Source: Acidimicrobiia bacterium (GTDB lineage Bacteria; Actinomycetota; Acidimicrobiia; IMCC26256; PALSA-610). Taken from it: a stretch of 64,000 nt of DNA. The stretch's first letter is position 1. Every line of letters starts with the position of its first letter. The stretch is taken from contig DATBAK010000015.1 in assembly GCA_036271555.1 (NCBI GenBank), positions 1,011 to 65,010 of the forward strand, given 5' to 3'. The notes under the pieces are model-generated. The model was not told where the DNA came from, did not search any database, and worked only from the letters and a program-made list of their open reading frames with translations. Of the stretch, positions 43,660-55,777 are shown piece by piece. The translations under genes and the position numbers were made by a program.

Positions 43660-44955
43660 CTACCTCTCCATCGTTCCGTCGATGACGACCGGTTCGCCAC
43701 GGCAGATCGTGTGGCGTACCCGGCCGGTGAGCTTCCAGCCGTCGAACGGCGAGTTCCGCGAGCGGCTCGCGAGGCTCTGCGCGTCGACGATCCAGGTCGC
43801 CGACGGATCGATCACGCAGAGGTGCGCGGGGCGCCCGGCGACGATCGGGCCGCCGTGCTCGGCGAGGCCCGCGACGCGCGCGGGCTGCCACGACAACAGC
43901 GCGAGCACCGACGCGAGCGGCAGCTTGCCGGTCTCGACCAGTTGTGTGATCGCGACCGCGAGCGCGGTCTCCGTGCCGAGCATCCCGGGCGGCGCCTCTT
44001 CGAACGGCACCGCCTTCGTCTCCGGCGCGTGCGGCGCGTGGTCGGTCGCGATCGCGTCGATCGTGCCGTCGACCACTGCGGCGGTGAGCGCGTCGACGTC
44101 GGATTGCGCGCGCAGCGGCGGGTTCATCTTGAAGACCGGGTCGAACCCCGCGCACGCCGCGTCGGTGAGGGTGAGGTGCTGCGGCGACACCTCGGCGGTG
44201 ACGCGCACACCGCGCGCCTTGGCGTCGCGCACGAGCGCGGCTGCGCCCGCGGTCGACATGTGCAGCACGTGGTATCGCGCGCCGGCGCGCTCGGCGAGCA
44301 CGAGGTCGCGGGCCACGATGGTGATCTCGGCCTCCGCCGGACGACCGGGGATGCCGAGCCGGCTCGACCACTCCCCCTCGTGCATGTGGCCGCCGGCAAC
44401 GAGCGCGGGATCTTCGGCGTGTTGCGCGATCACCGCGCCGGGCAGCGCGGTGCTGTACTCCAGCGCCCGCCGCATGACCGCCGCGTCCGCGACACAGTCG
44501 CCGTCGTCGGTGAACACGCGCACGCCGAGGTCGTGCATCTCGCCGAGCGGCGCAAGCTCCTTGCCTTGACGGCCGCGCGTGATGCAGCCCGCGACGTGCA
44601 CGTCGCACGGCGCGAGCCGACCGCGCTCGAGCACGGCCTGGACGACCGCGGCGTCGTCGAGCGGCGGGTTCGTGTTCGGCATGCAGACGACCGCGGTGAA
44701 CCCGCCGAGCGCAGCACCGCGCGCGCCGGTGTCGACCGTCTCGCTGTCCTCGCGGCCGGGTTCACGGAAGTGCACCTGGATGTCGACGAGGCCGGGCGCG
44801 ACGACCGCGCCGTCGGCGTCGAGCATGGTCGCGCCGGCGGGCGCATCGAGCTTCGGGCCGACCTCGGCGATCATGCCGTCGCGCACGAGCACGTCGGCCG
44901 CGCGCTCGCCGCGCTCGTCGATCACCCGCCCGCCGCGGATGATCACCGCGCTCAC
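43660..44955 (-). CDS. pyrC: dihydroorotase
   Basis: [19 protein letters not shown] and ATDHAPH; the track's longer N-terminus is repeat-derived. Confidence 0.95.
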   Translation of the reverse strand: MSAVIIRGGRVIDERGERAADVLVRDGMIAEVGPKLDAPAGATMLDADGAVVAPGLVDIQVHFREPGREDSETVDTGARGAALGGFTAVVCMPNTNPPLDDAAVVQAVLERGRLAPCDVHVAGCITRGRQGKELAPLGEMHDLGVRVFTDDGDCVADAAVMRRALEYSTALPGAVIAQHAEDPALVAGGHMHEGEWSSRLGIPGRPAEAEITIVARDLVLAERAGARYHVLHMSTAGAAALVRDAKARGVRVTAEVSPQHLTLTDAACAGFDPVFKMNPPLRAQSDVDALTAAVVDGTIDAIATDHAPHAPETKAVPFEEAPPGMLGTETALAVAITQLVETGKLPLASVLALLSWQPARVAGLAEHGGPIVAGRPAHLCVIDPSATWIVDAQSLASRSRNSPFDGWKLTGRVRHTICRGEPVVIDGTMER

Positions 44956-45153
44956 GATCGCTCCCGCAAGAGCGCGCATGCGAAGCGAGCGGCGCGGCCT
45001 CGGTCGGTAGCTGAGGCGTCGAGGAGGGCGAGCTTGCGAGCCCGACCACAAGCACCGCTCGGTCCCGCCAGAACGGGCGGGTCGCAGAGCGGGCCGCCCG
45101 ACTCGGTAGCTGAGGCGTCGAGGAGGGCGAGCTTGCGAGCCCGACCCGGAAAC

Positions 45154-45161
<8 letters not shown>
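44952..45161 (-). other. putative relay mini-ORF (69 aa) spanning two family A repeats (about 44961-45049 and 45061-45147) between pyrB and pyrC
   Basis: GGAGG-N5-TTG with an 8-nt TTGTCTGA overlap on the pyrB stop; TGA overlaps the pyrC GTG. Confidence 0.55.
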
Positions 45162-46757
<1,596 letters not shown>

Positions 46758-48608
46758 CTACACGCCTGCCGCCCGGGGCGCGGATCGCGGGAGGTGCGGA
46801 CGCTTCTGCGGGCGGGCCCGTGCGGTCGCACCGGCCAATGCCGACTCCGCTTCCGCGCGCGCCGCGGCGCCGATGCCGGCCTGCGAATACGCGTCGGCGT
46901 CGATCGCGGCGCCGACACCGGCGACCGTCGCGTCGCGCAGTAGATACGCGACGACGCGCGCGTACGCGGTCGCAGTCTCACTCCCGAGGCGGGCGCGACC
47001 GGCGCCTGCACCCAACCGGTCGAGCTGCTCGAGCAGGCGCGCGGCCCACGAGCGGTTGCGGCGCGCGCGCCCGGTCGAGGCGAGCCGGCGCAGCGCCTCC
47101 ACCGCGCCGAGCACGAGACCGGCGAGGAGGACGAGGAACCCGAAGTCGACGAGGTGGTGACCGATCCAACCCCAGAGCGACTCGCTCGCCTTCGCGTCGC
47201 CGGCGAGCGCGACGTGTGCCGTCGGGTCGAAGGCCTGCCACCCGACTCCCGGGAAGTAGACCTCGGCCCACGCGTGCGCGTCCTTCGCGCGCACGACCCA
47301 CTCGTTGGTGAGGCGGCTCGCCTCGCCGGGCACGAACCCGGTCGCCTCGCGCGCCGGGATGCCGAGCACGCGCAGCATCACGACGAGGCTGCTCGAGATC
47401 TGCTCGCACCAACCCTTCCGCACCTTGAAGAGGAAGTCGTCGACGACGTCGACGTTCGGCTTCGCGACCGGCGCGTTCAGCGAGTACTGGAGATGCGCGC
47501 CCATCCACGACTCGAGCGCGCGCACCTTGTCGAAGGTCGTCGGCGCGTCGCGCGTGATCCGCTCCGCGAGGAGACGTACGCGGTGCGTCGCGATCGGCGA
47601 CTGCGCGTAGAGGTCGGCGATCGAGCTCGGGACGGATTGCGCGTCCGACGCGCGCAGCGTCGCCGCGGTCGCGTCTGGCACGCGGCTCACGACGCGGTAG
47701 CTCGAGCCCTGGCCCAACGGGTCGGCCGTGAACAGCGTCTGATCGGCGCGCTCGATCGGCACGCGCGGCACCTCGACCTGCACCGGCTCCGCGGCCGCGA
47801 ACAGCACGCGGTCGTACGTGGCCTCGATGTGGAAGGTCTGCGACAATAGGCGGCCACTCGTCGTCGGCGGCACGCCGTCCGGACGCAGGACGGTCGCGAC
47901 GTTGCCGAAGCTCTGCAGCGGCCCGGGATCGAGACCCGCGGTGGTCTGCGTCCACGCGCTGCCGTTCCAGTGGTCGAACGTCTGGCCCCGCCAGAACTCG
48001 GGCCGCGACGCGGTGACGGTCATCACGACGTCGTCGCCGAGGTGCGGTCGTTGCGTCGTGTCGAGCGAGCCACTCGGTTCGAGCACGGTGCCGCCGTCGC
48101 CGTTGCTCACGTACCGGGGCAGGTCGCCGCCGCCGATGCGCGGCGCAGGCCGGCGACCGAGCGCGGGGGCGAGCAGCGCCCCGACGATGAGCACGACGAT
48201 CGCGAGGATCGACGTCGCGGCGAGCACGTCGCGTCCGAGCATCGGGACCGGCGAGCCGCCACTGAGGCGCGGGCGGTCGTCGAGATCGGCGCGATCGATG
48301 AGCACGAGCGCGACGAGCGTCGCAAACGCCCACACGCCGACGAGCAACAGCCCGGCGCCGGGGCGACGGACGTGACGGACGACGACGACACCGCCGAGCG
48401 CGAGGATCACCGCGGCCGTCGAGCGGGTCGGCAACGAAGGAAGCGCGAGGACGGCGAGCAGCGCGGCGACGATGCCGAGCGCCGCGCCCGCGTACGCGTT
48501 GTGCCCGGTGCCGCTGGCCGCGAGCGCGCCCGCGGTTCCGAGCGACGCCGCGCACGCGCCGGCGACCCAGCCCCACGTGGAGCGCGGCGACACGACCCGG
48601 CCGCTCAT
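46758..48608 (-). CDS. membrane transglutaminase-like protein (TgpA type)
   Basis: Several TM helices; FWRGQTFD, GWCEQ, HAWAEVY and FDPT. Confidence 0.9.
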   Translation of the reverse strand: MSGRVVSPRSTWGWVAGACAASLGTAGALAASGTGHNAYAGAALGIVAALLAVLALPSLPTRSTAAVILALGGVVVVRHVRRPGAGLLLVGVWAFATLVALVLIDRADLDDRPRLSGGSPVPMLGRDVLAATSILAIVVLIVGALLAPALGRRPAPRIGGGDLPRYVSNGDGGTVLEPSGSLDTTQRPHLGDDVVMTVTASRPEFWRGQTFDHWNGSAWTQTTAGLDPGPLQSFGNVATVLRPDGVPPTTSGRLLSQTFHIEATYDRVLFAAAEPVQVEVPRVPIERADQTLFTADPLGQGSSYRVVSRVPDATAATLRASDAQSVPSSIADLYAQSPIATHRVRLLAERITRDAPTTFDKVRALESWMGAHLQYSLNAPVAKPNVDVVDDFLFKVRKGWCEQISSSLVVMLRVLGIPAREATGFVPGEASRLTNEWVVRAKDAHAWAEVYFPGVGWQAFDPTAHVALAGDAKASESLWGWIGHHLVDFGFLVLLAGLVLGAVEALRRLASTGRARRNRSWAARLLEQLDRLGAGAGRARLGSETATAYARVVAYLLRDATVAGVGAAIDADAYSQAGIGAAARAEAESALAGATARARPQKRPHLPRSAPRAAGV

Positions 48609-49591
48609 CGGCCGTCGATCCGGACGGCCGGCCACCCGATCGGCGGCTCGGGCGGCTCGCCGGGCACCACGCGCGCGAGCCGGCGCCCGAGCTCGAGCGG
48701 GCTCGTCACCGGCGCGACCACCGGACCGCCCTGCTCGCAGGTCAGCAACAGCACGTGCGCGCCGCCGCGGAGCGCGGCGCGGCCCAAACCCGCGGCGCGG
48801 CTCGCGGCCATCTCGGGTTCGAGCTCGGTGCCGCGACCATCGACCACGATCGCGACGCCGATGATCGCGGGCGGCTCGAGCTCGCGGATCGCGAGCGTGC
48901 CGAGGCGCGCGCTCGTGGGCCAGTGGACGAGACGCGCCGCGTCACCGGGCGCGTACGGCCGCACCGCGCGCACGGCGTCGCCGCCCGGCGCGCCCGGCGC
49001 GGCCGCGACCGAGAGTGCGGAGCCGGTCGGCAACGCCTGCGGCTCGTAGCGCATCGGCAGCGGACGGGGGCCGACGGTGACCGGCACCGGCAGCCGCGAC
49101 CAGAGCGTGCGCCGGCGCAGGAAGATGCCGAGCGGACCACCGCCGCGTATCTCGACGCGCACGACTCTGAACACACCGCGGCGCGCGGCGATGTGCACGA
49201 GCTCGCCGCGACCCGGTGCGACCGTGCGTCGCCACTCCCCCGGCGGGTCGAGCAGGCGCACCTCGAGCCGGGAGACGCGCCCCGCCAAGGTGATCGGCAA
49301 CGTGATGCGATCGCCGACGGTCGCGTCGCGCGGGCCCGTCACCGACACGTCGACGCGCCGCAACGCGAAGATCGGCCACACGATGCCGACGATGACGACC
49401 GCGAACGCGAACGCACCGACCGCGACCAGCCCGTCGTGCTCGCCCTGCGCACCCTGCGCGAGCGAGTAGACGCCGAGCAGCAGCATCCCGAGCCCGGCGG
49501 CGGTCATCTCGCCCGGTGGCCGGCGCTCCTCGACGACGCGCGGCGCGCGCGGAGATGTCGGTGTCGGTGTCGGCGCGGGCGCCGGACTCAC
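48605..49591 (-). CDS. DUF58 domain protein
   Basis: RRGVF and VRPYAPGD..LVHWPTSAR; lies between moxR and the transglutaminase. Confidence 0.88.
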   Translation of the reverse strand: MSPAPAPTPTPTSPRAPRVVEERRPPGEMTAAGLGMLLLGVYSLAQGAQGEHDGLVAVGAFAFAVVIVGIVWPIFALRRVDVSVTGPRDATVGDRITLPITLAGRVSRLEVRLLDPPGEWRRTVAPGRGELVHIAARRGVFRVVRVEIRGGGPLGIFLRRRTLWSRLPVPVTVGPRPLPMRYEPQALPTGSALSVAAAPGAPGGDAVRAVRPYAPGDAARLVHWPTSARLGTLAIRELEPPAIIGVAIVVDGRGTELEPEMAASRAAGLGRAALRGGAHVLLLTCEQGGPVVAPVTSPLELGRRLARVVPGEPPEPPIGWPAVRIDGR

Positions 49592-50679
49592 GGACGCGGA
49601 ACGGGCAACGCGTCGAGGACTTCGCGCACGGTCGCGGTACCCGCGGCGACGTCGACGCCGGCGCCGAACACGAGCCGGTGCGCGAGCACCGCGGGGGCCA
49701 CCGCCTGCACGTCGTCGGGCACGACGTAGTGACGGCGGCAGATCGTCGCGTGCGCCTGTGCGGCGTGGAACATCGCGAGCGTCGCGCGCGGCGACGCGCC
49801 GAGCACGACGTCGGGGTGCGCGCGCACCGCGGCCGCGGCGTCGAGCACGTACTCGAGCACCGGTGGCGCGCAGTAGAGCTCGCGCACGCCCGCGATCACG
49901 ACGCGCAACTCCATCGGCGTCGTGACCGCGTCGATCGACGGCAGCACGCTCGCGCCGCCCGCGCCGGTGAGGATCTCGCGCTCGGCGTCGCGACCGGGCA
50001 ACCCCATCGTGAGCACGACACCGAAGCGGTCGAGCTGGCTCTCGGGCAGCGGGAACGTGCCGGTCGTGCCGAGCGGGTTCTGCGTCGCGATCATGAAGCA
50101 GGGATCGGGCAGCGCGTGGGTCGCGCCGTCGACGGTCACCTGGCGCTCTTCCATCGGCTCGAGCAGCGCGGCCTGCGTGCGCGGCGACGCGCGGTTGATC
50201 TCGTCGACGAGCACGACGTTCGCGAACACCGGGCCCGACCGGAAGTCCCAGTTGCCGGTCGCCGGCGAGTACACGGACGTCCCGGTGAGATCGGACGGCA
50301 AGAGGTCGGGTGTGCACTGCACGCGGCCGAACTTGCCGCCGATCGCGGCCGCGAGGCTCTTGCCGAGCAGCGTCTTTCCGGTGCCGGGCACGTCCTCGAC
50401 GAGGAGGTGGCTGCCCGACAGGAGTGCGACGAGCGCGAGGCGCACCGCTTCGTCTTTGCCGCGCACCGCGGCCGAGACCGTCGTGAACAGGGCCGACGCG
50501 ACGCGAAGCGCGGCGCGCGCGCCCTCGCCGTTGGCGACCGGGTGCAGGCCGACCGGCACCACCGCGCCGCCGAGCGCCGCGGCGTCGGCCGCGCCCGAGT
50601 CGCCGGCGGCCGCCGGGTCCCCGCGTTCGGCCGGGCTGCTCGGTGAGGTCTGCATGGCTGCCGCCATGCTACGGGCCAT
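49588..50679 (-). CDS. MoxR family AAA+ ATPase; start uncertain
   Basis: EDVPGTGKT, DEINRA, ATQNP and LPESQLDRF. Confidence 0.93.
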   Translation of the reverse strand: MARSMAAAMQTSPSSPAERGDPAAAGDSGAADAAALGGAVVPVGLHPVANGEGARAALRVASALFTTVSAAVRGKDEAVRLALVALLSGSHLLVEDVPGTGKTLLGKSLAAAIGGKFGRVQCTPDLLPSDLTGTSVYSPATGNWDFRSGPVFANVVLVDEINRASPRTQAALLEPMEERQVTVDGATHALPDPCFMIATQNPLGTTGTFPLPESQLDRFGVVLTMGLPGRDAEREILTGAGGASVLPSIDAVTTPMELRVVIAGVRELYCAPPVLEYVLDAAAAVRAHPDVVLGASPRATLAMFHAAQAHATICRRHYVVPDDVQAVAPAVLAHRLVFGAGVDVAAGTATVREVLDALPVPRP

Positions 50680-50743
50680 TCGACCGCCTCCGAGCAGCAG
50701 CGCGGGGCGCGGTTCCACAGGCTTGGCGGAATCGCGGGCAACG

Positions 50744-50831
50744 GTTCCCGCCTGAGCGCGCGAGCGGAGCGAGCGGCGCGGCCTCGACCGGCGCCTGAGG
50801 CGTCGAGGAGGGCGACGCTTGCGAGCCCGAC
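50744..50831 (-). repeat. REP-like repeat, family A (tail A2)
   Basis: GTCGGGCTCGCAAGCGTCGCCCTCCTCGACGCCTCAG..GCTCGCTCCGCTCGCGCGCTCAGGCGGGAAC. Confidence 0.9.
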
Positions 50832-51341
50832 TCAAGAAAGCAACGCGTCGATGAGCTCGCCTTGCAGCGCGGTGAGCGCGTGGTACAGCAGGAACGGCCC
50901 GCGCTGGGGGTCGTCGGCGTCGTAGTGCTCGAGCTCCGTCTCCTCTTTGATGTCGAGGGCGGTCCCGAGCGCGAGCCGGGCGTCGTTCAGCACACCGAGC
51001 CACTGGCCCTGGCGCTCCTCGTCGAGCTCGATCTCGAGCAGCCCCTTGCGATTCGGCTCGGCCGACCGCAACGAGTCCGTGAGCGCGGCGAGCGCGTCGA
51101 GGCGCGACCGCAGCAGGTCCGGGTGGACGAGCGCCTCCCACTGCGTCTCGGCGGTTTCCTCGGTGGGATCGAGGTAGGCCCGCGGGAAGAGGCGCTGCGC
51201 GACCGGGTCGTCCGCGTTCCCCTCTTCGAGCACCGTGCGGAGATCGGCCGCGATCGCGACCAGCGTCTCGGCCTCGATCGGCTCGAGCCGCACGACGATC
51301 CGCCCACCGCGGTCGCGGTGCACCCAGTGGTAGCGGGCCAC
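50832..51341 (-). CDS. DUF2017 family protein
   Basis: DPVAQRLFPRAY and WLGVLNDARLALGT; usual neighbour of clpS in actinobacteria. Confidence 0.85.
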   Translation of the reverse strand: MARYHWVHRDRGGRIVVRLEPIEAETLVAIAADLRTVLEEGNADDPVAQRLFPRAYLDPTEETAETQWEALVHPDLLRSRLDALAALTDSLRSAEPNRKGLLEIELDEERQGQWLGVLNDARLALGTALDIKEETELEHYDADDPQRGPFLLYHALTALQGELIDALLS

Positions 51342-51347
51342 GCCGCC

Positions 51348-51647
51348 CTACGAATCCTTCTGCATCGTCGCCCAGAGACCGTGGCCGTGGAGGCGCGCGA
51401 CGTCGGCTTCGATCTTCTCGCGCGTCCCGCTCGACACGACCGCCTTGCCCTCCTGGTGCACCTGGAGCATGAGCCGCGTCGCCTTCTCGCGCGAATAGCC
51501 GAACAGCTTCTGGAACACGTACACGACGTACGACATCAGATTCACCGGGTCGTTCCACACGAGCGCGATCCACGGCACATCGGGAACGACGACTTCCTCG
51601 ATGATCGGCTCGTCGACGCGTTGCGGAATCGTCGTCGCGCGCACCAT
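51348..51647 (-). CDS. clpS: Clp protease adaptor ClpS
   Basis: [22 protein letters not shown] and GLWAT. Confidence 0.95.
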   Translation of the reverse strand: MVRATTIPQRVDEPIIEEVVVPDVPWIALVWNDPVNLMSYVVYVFQKLFGYSREKATRLMLQVHQEGKAVVSSGTREKIEADVARLHGHGLWATMQKDS

Positions 51648-51654
51648 CAGGTGG

Positions 51655-52047
51655 TCACACGCCGCGCAGCTGCTCGGCAATCCGTCCGAGCAAGCCGTTC
51701 ACGAACCGTCCCGAGTCGCGCGTCGAGTACTGCTTGGCGAGCTCGACCGCCTCCGCGATCACCGCGGCGGCCGGCACTTCGCGGACCCAGCCGAGCTCGA
51801 ACGTCGACAGCCGCAGCAACGTGCGGTCGACGACGGGCATGCGCTCGAGCGCCCAGTGCTCGGAGTACTTGCGCAGCAACGCGTCGATCTCGTCGCCGTG
51901 CTCGGCAACGCCTTCGACGAGGTAGCACGCGTAGTCGTCCGGCAACACGAGCTGTTCGCCGATGACGGCGCCCACGTCGATGCCGCGCATCTCGGCCTCG
52001 TACACCAGGCCGAGCGCCCGCTCCCTCGCTTCGCGTCGCGTCGGCAC
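51655..52047 (-). CDS. nusB: transcription antitermination factor NusB
   Basis: [22 protein letters not shown] and FVNGLL. Confidence 0.95.
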   Translation of the reverse strand: MPTRREARERALGLVYEAEMRGIDVGAVIGEQLVLPDDYACYLVEGVAEHGDEIDALLRKYSEHWALERMPVVDRTLLRLSTFELGWVREVPAAAVIAEAVELAKQYSTRDSGRFVNGLLGRIAEQLRGV

Positions 52048-52054
52048 AGTGCGC

Positions 52055-52615
52055 TCAGGCGCGGGCGAGATAGTCACCCGTGCGGGTGTCGACCTTGATC
52101 TTCTCGCCGGTCTCGACGAAGAGTGGCACCTGCACGACGAGGCCCGTCTCGAGCGTCGCGGGCTTGCGCGCGCCCGACACGCGGTCGCCCTGGATGCCGG
52201 GCTCCGTCTCACTCACCTCGAGGACCACCGCCGCCGGCAGATCCACGCCGACGATCTCGCCGTTGTACATCGGCAGGACGACGCTGTCGCCTTCCTTCAG
52301 GTAGTTCACCGCGTCGCCGAGCGTGACCGGCGTGACGTGCATCTGGTCGTACGTCTCGTTGTCCATGAAGACGTACTCCTCCGCCTCTCGGTAGAGGAAC
52401 TGCATGTCGCGCTTGTCGATGGTCGCGAGGCCGAGCTTCTCGTCGGCGCGGTAGGTGCGGTCGATCACCGCGCCGGTGCGCACGTTCTTGAGCTTCGTGC
52501 GCACGAACGCGCCGCCCTTGCCCGGCTTCACGTGCTGGAAGTCGACGACGGTCACGAGGCCTTCCGGCAGGTTCAGCGCCATGCCCGTCTTCAGGTCGTT
52601 CGTGGAGATGCTCAC
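52055..52615 (-). CDS. efp: elongation factor P
   Basis: HVKPGKGGAFVR, GDRVSG and VDTRTGDY. Confidence 0.97.
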   Translation of the reverse strand: MSISTNDLKTGMALNLPEGLVTVVDFQHVKPGKGGAFVRTKLKNVRTGAVIDRTYRADEKLGLATIDKRDMQFLYREAEEYVFMDNETYDQMHVTPVTLGDAVNYLKEGDSVVLPMYNGEIVGVDLPAAVVLEVSETEPGIQGDRVSGARKPATLETGLVVQVPLFVETGEKIKVDTRTGDYLARA

Positions 52616-53721
52616 AGGACGAGATCCTTCGGGGTGTGCGTCAGGGGCCGCGAGCCCGTCGCGGTGACGACGACGGTGTCCTCGATGCGGACGCCGCCCA
52701 CGCCCGGCAGGTACACACCGGGCTCGACGGTCACGACGTCGCCGACGAGCAAGGTACCAGCTGCCGATGCGGCCACACGCGGTGCTTCGTGGATCTCCAG
52801 GCCCACGCCGTGGCCGGTGCCGTGCGAGAACGCCTCGCCGTATCCGGCGTCGGAGATCACGTCGCGACACACCCGGTCGACGTCGACGCAACCCACGCCG
52901 GACGCGACCGCGTCGCGCCCTGCCTGCTGGCTCGCGAGCACGAGGTCGTAGAGCCGGCGGGCGTCGGCACCGGGATCGCCGACGCTCACGGTGCGCGTCA
53001 TGTCGGAGCAGTAGCCGTCGACGATGCAACCGAAGTCGCACACGACCAGCTCACCGCGTTCGATCGGACGGTCCGACGGCCGCGAGTGCGGCATCGCGCC
53101 GTTGGGTCCCGCGGCGATGATCGGATCGAAGCTCATGTGCGTCGCGCCGCGCTCGCGCATCGCGAACTCGAGCGCGAGCGCGAACTCGCGCTCGGTCGGC
53201 CGGTCTGCGAGGCGCGGCAGCAGCGACACGAACGCGTCGTCGGCGATCGCGCACGCGGCCGCGATGCGATCGACCTCGCCGTCGTCCTTCACCCGCCGCA
53301 GCTCTTCGACGACCGCACCCGCGGGAACGAGGTCGATCGGCGCGAACGCGGCGGCGAGCTCGCGCTGCTGCGCCCACGTGACTCCGTTGTCCTCGAGCCC
53401 GAGGCGCCGGACGCCATTCGCGGCGTGGGCGAGCGCCGCGCGCTGCTCGGACGCGGTGATGCGGACCTCGACCTGCGCGTCGACGCCCGCGGCGGCGAGC
53501 TGCGTGCGCGACTGCTCGCCGTAGCGACCGTCGGTCACGAACGTCGCGCCCGACGGCAGCACGAGCAACAGCGCGGCCGAGCCGGTGAAGCCCGTGAGAT
53601 AGCGGATGTTGGGCAGGCGCGTCACGAGGAGCGCGTCGACCTCCAGCTCGCCGAAGTGCTCGCGCAGGCGGTCGATTCGGCCCGCGGTCTGCAACGGCGC
53701 GAGGCCAGTCGTCATCGTCAC
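52612..53721 (-). CDS. Xaa-Pro aminopeptidase (M24B)
   Basis: YLTGFTGS, SDMTRT, HGTGHGVGLEIHE, TVEPG and GGVRIED. Confidence 0.95.
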   Translation of the reverse strand: MTMTTGLAPLQTAGRIDRLREHFGELEVDALLVTRLPNIRYLTGFTGSAALLLVLPSGATFVTDGRYGEQSRTQLAAAGVDAQVEVRITASEQRAALAHAANGVRRLGLEDNGVTWAQQRELAAAFAPIDLVPAGAVVEELRRVKDDGEVDRIAAACAIADDAFVSLLPRLADRPTEREFALALEFAMRERGATHMSFDPIIAAGPNGAMPHSRPSDRPIERGELVVCDFGCIVDGYCSDMTRTVSVGDPGADARRLYDLVLASQQAGRDAVASGVGCVDVDRVCRDVISDAGYGEAFSHGTGHGVGLEIHEAPRVAASAAGTLLVGDVVTVEPGVYLPGVGGVRIEDTVVVTATGSRPLTHTPKDLVL

Positions 53722-54161
53722 GACGTCTCCTCCAGTTTCTCGGCGACCGCGCGGATCGCGAGGCGGTAGCCCGCGCCGCCGAAGCCGGCGATCGTGCCGG
53801 TGGCGACGGGGGCGATCACGCTCGTGTGCCTCCAGGGCTCGCGTGCGTGCGGGTTCGACAGGTGCAGCTCGACGACGACGCCCTCGTATGCCGCGAGCGC
53901 GTCGGCGAGCGCGTACGCGTAGTGCGTGAACGCGCCGGGGTTGAACACGATCGCCGCGCAGCGGCCGCGCGCGCCGTGGATCGCGTCGATGAGCTCGCCC
54001 TCGTGGTTCGACTGTGCGTGCTCGACGTCGTGGCCGTAGGCCTTCGCCTCGATGCGCGCGTCCTCGACGAGCTCCGCGAGCGTCGTCGTGCCGTACACCT
54101 CGGGCTCGCGATCGCCGAGCAGGTTCAGGTTCGGACCGCTCAACAGGAGAATCGTGCTCAT
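53718..54161 (-). CDS. aroQ: type II 3-dehydroquinate dehydratase
   Basis: GPNLNLLG, SNHEG, NPGAFTH and HLSNPHARE. Confidence 0.96.
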   Translation of the reverse strand: MSTILLLSGPNLNLLGDREPEVYGTTTLAELVEDARIEAKAYGHDVEHAQSNHEGELIDAIHGARGRCAAIVFNPGAFTHYAYALADALAAYEGVVVELHLSNPHAREPWRHTSVIAPVATGTIAGFGGAGYRLAIRAVAEKLEETS

Positions 54162-55234
54162 GTCAGTCCCACCTGCGCGAGGGCCTTGGCCACGGCCGTG
54201 GGGTCGGGATCGTCGACGCGTTCGATGCCGTGCGGCCCGGGCAGCATGAACGTGAGTCCTCCATCGGCCTTCTTGTCCCGGCGCATGAGCGTGAGCACGT
54301 CATCGACGGACACGTTGAGACCGAGCGCCTCGGTCGGCAGGCCATAGTGCTGCAACAGGTCCACGGTCAGGTCGACCTTCGACGCGTCGACCCGCTCGAG
54401 CACCGACGCGAGACGCACCGCGAACACCATGCCGATCGCGACCGCCTCACCGTGCAGCAGCACATGGCCGCCCGCAGTCTCGAGCGCGTGGCCGAGCGTG
54501 TGGCCATAGTTGAGGACGGCGCGCTCGCCCGTCTGCTCCAGCTCGTCGCGAGCGACGACGCGCGCCTTGTCGGTCGCGCACTGCGCGACGACGTCTCCGA
54601 GCACATCGGGATCGCGTTTCAGAATCTCGGCGCGGCTGCCGTCGAGCACCGACAGCAGCTCGACGTCGTCGCTCAGGGCGTATTTGACGACCTCCGCGAG
54701 GCCGCAGCGGAACTCACGCTCGGGGAGCGTCGCGAGAACCGTGGGATCCGCGAGCACCGCGAGGGGCTGATGGAACGCACCGACGAGGTTCTTGCCCTCG
54801 GGCAGGTTGACGCCGGTCTTGCCGCCGATCGACGCGTCGACCATCGCGAGCAACGACGTCGGCACGTGCACGACTGCGATCCCGCGCGCGTACGACGCCG
54901 CGAGGAAGCCCGCGACATCGCCGACGATGCCGCCGCCGACCGCCACGACCGCGTCGCCGCGCAGCAGGCCCCAGGCCGCGCACGCGCTCGCGAGCTCGGC
55001 GATCGTCGCGAGCGTCTTGTGCTCCTCGCCGTCGCCGATCGTGAGCGCGGTGTGCACGATGCCCGCCGCATCCAGCGCGGCTTCGACGCGTGCCGCGTGG
55101 GCGCGGATCGCGTCCTGCGTGACGACCACCGCGCGCTTGCGACCTGCGAGCACGGCGCTCAGCTCGGCGATCGCGCCCTCGCCGACGACGACGTCGTACG
55201 AGCGCGCGCCGAGCTCGACCGGCACGCGCCTCAC
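54158..55234 (-). CDS. aroB: 3-dehydroquinate synthase
   Basis: GGGIVGD, DASIGGKTG, KNLVGAF, LNYGHTLGHA and HGEAV. Confidence 0.97.
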   Translation of the reverse strand: MRRVPVELGARSYDVVVGEGAIAELSAVLAGRKRAVVVTQDAIRAHAARVEAALDAAGIVHTALTIGDGEEHKTLATIAELASACAAWGLLRGDAVVAVGGGIVGDVAGFLAASYARGIAVVHVPTSLLAMVDASIGGKTGVNLPEGKNLVGAFHQPLAVLADPTVLATLPEREFRCGLAEVVKYALSDDVELLSVLDGSRAEILKRDPDVLGDVVAQCATDKARVVARDELEQTGERAVLNYGHTLGHALETAGGHVLLHGEAVAIGMVFAVRLASVLERVDASKVDLTVDLLQHYGLPTEALGLNVSVDDVLTLMRRDKKADGGLTFMLPGPHGIERVDDPDPTAVAKALAQVGLT

Positions 55235-55770
55235 GACGCGCGCTCCACGGTCGCCGCGAACGCGGCGAGCACCGCGTCGGCTGATTCTGCGAGCGAGAGG
55301 CCGCCGGTGTCGACGGTCGCGTGCGCGGCGGCTTCGTAGGCGGGCCGGCGCAGCGCGTCGAGCCGGCGCAGCGTTCCCTGCTTGTCTCCCGCGAGCAGCG
55401 GGCGGGTCCGGCCGTCGCCGACGTGGCGCACGAGCTGCTCGACGGGCGCGTGCAACCACACGACGAATCCCGCGCCGCGCAAGCGGTGTCGATTGTCGGC
55501 GTCGAGCACCGCGCCCCCGCCGACCGCGATGACCGCGGGCACGGGCGATGCGCACGCGTCGGCCACCGCGGTGCGCTCCAACGCACGGAATGCGGCCTCG
55601 CCGTCGCGCGAGAAGATCTGCGCCACCGACGCACCGCCGACCGTGGCCACGATCTCGTCGGTGTCGACGAACGCGCGGTCGAGTTGGTTCGCGCACCGCT
55701 TTCCCACCGTCGACTTCCCTGCGCCCATCATGCCGACGAGCACGAGGTGCCGCGCTCGCTCCTCGCTCAC
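55231..55770 (-). CDS. aroK: shikimate kinase
   Basis: GMMGAGKST, GEAAFR, GGGAV and RPLL. Confidence 0.96.
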   Translation of the reverse strand: MSEERARHLVLVGMMGAGKSTVGKRCANQLDRAFVDTDEIVATVGGASVAQIFSRDGEAAFRALERTAVADACASPVPAVIAVGGGAVLDADNRHRLRGAGFVVWLHAPVEQLVRHVGDGRTRPLLAGDKQGTLRRLDALRRPAYEAAAHATVDTGGLSLAESADAVLAAFAATVERAS

Positions 55771-55777
55771 GACCGAC

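Noticed and set aside
45004..45147. Two identical ~40-nt repeats about 100 bp apart, resembling a mini CRISPR array
   Set aside because: Only two units, the 'spacer' is itself the recurrent A1 hairpin tail, copies are dispersed singly elsewhere, and no cas genes are present.
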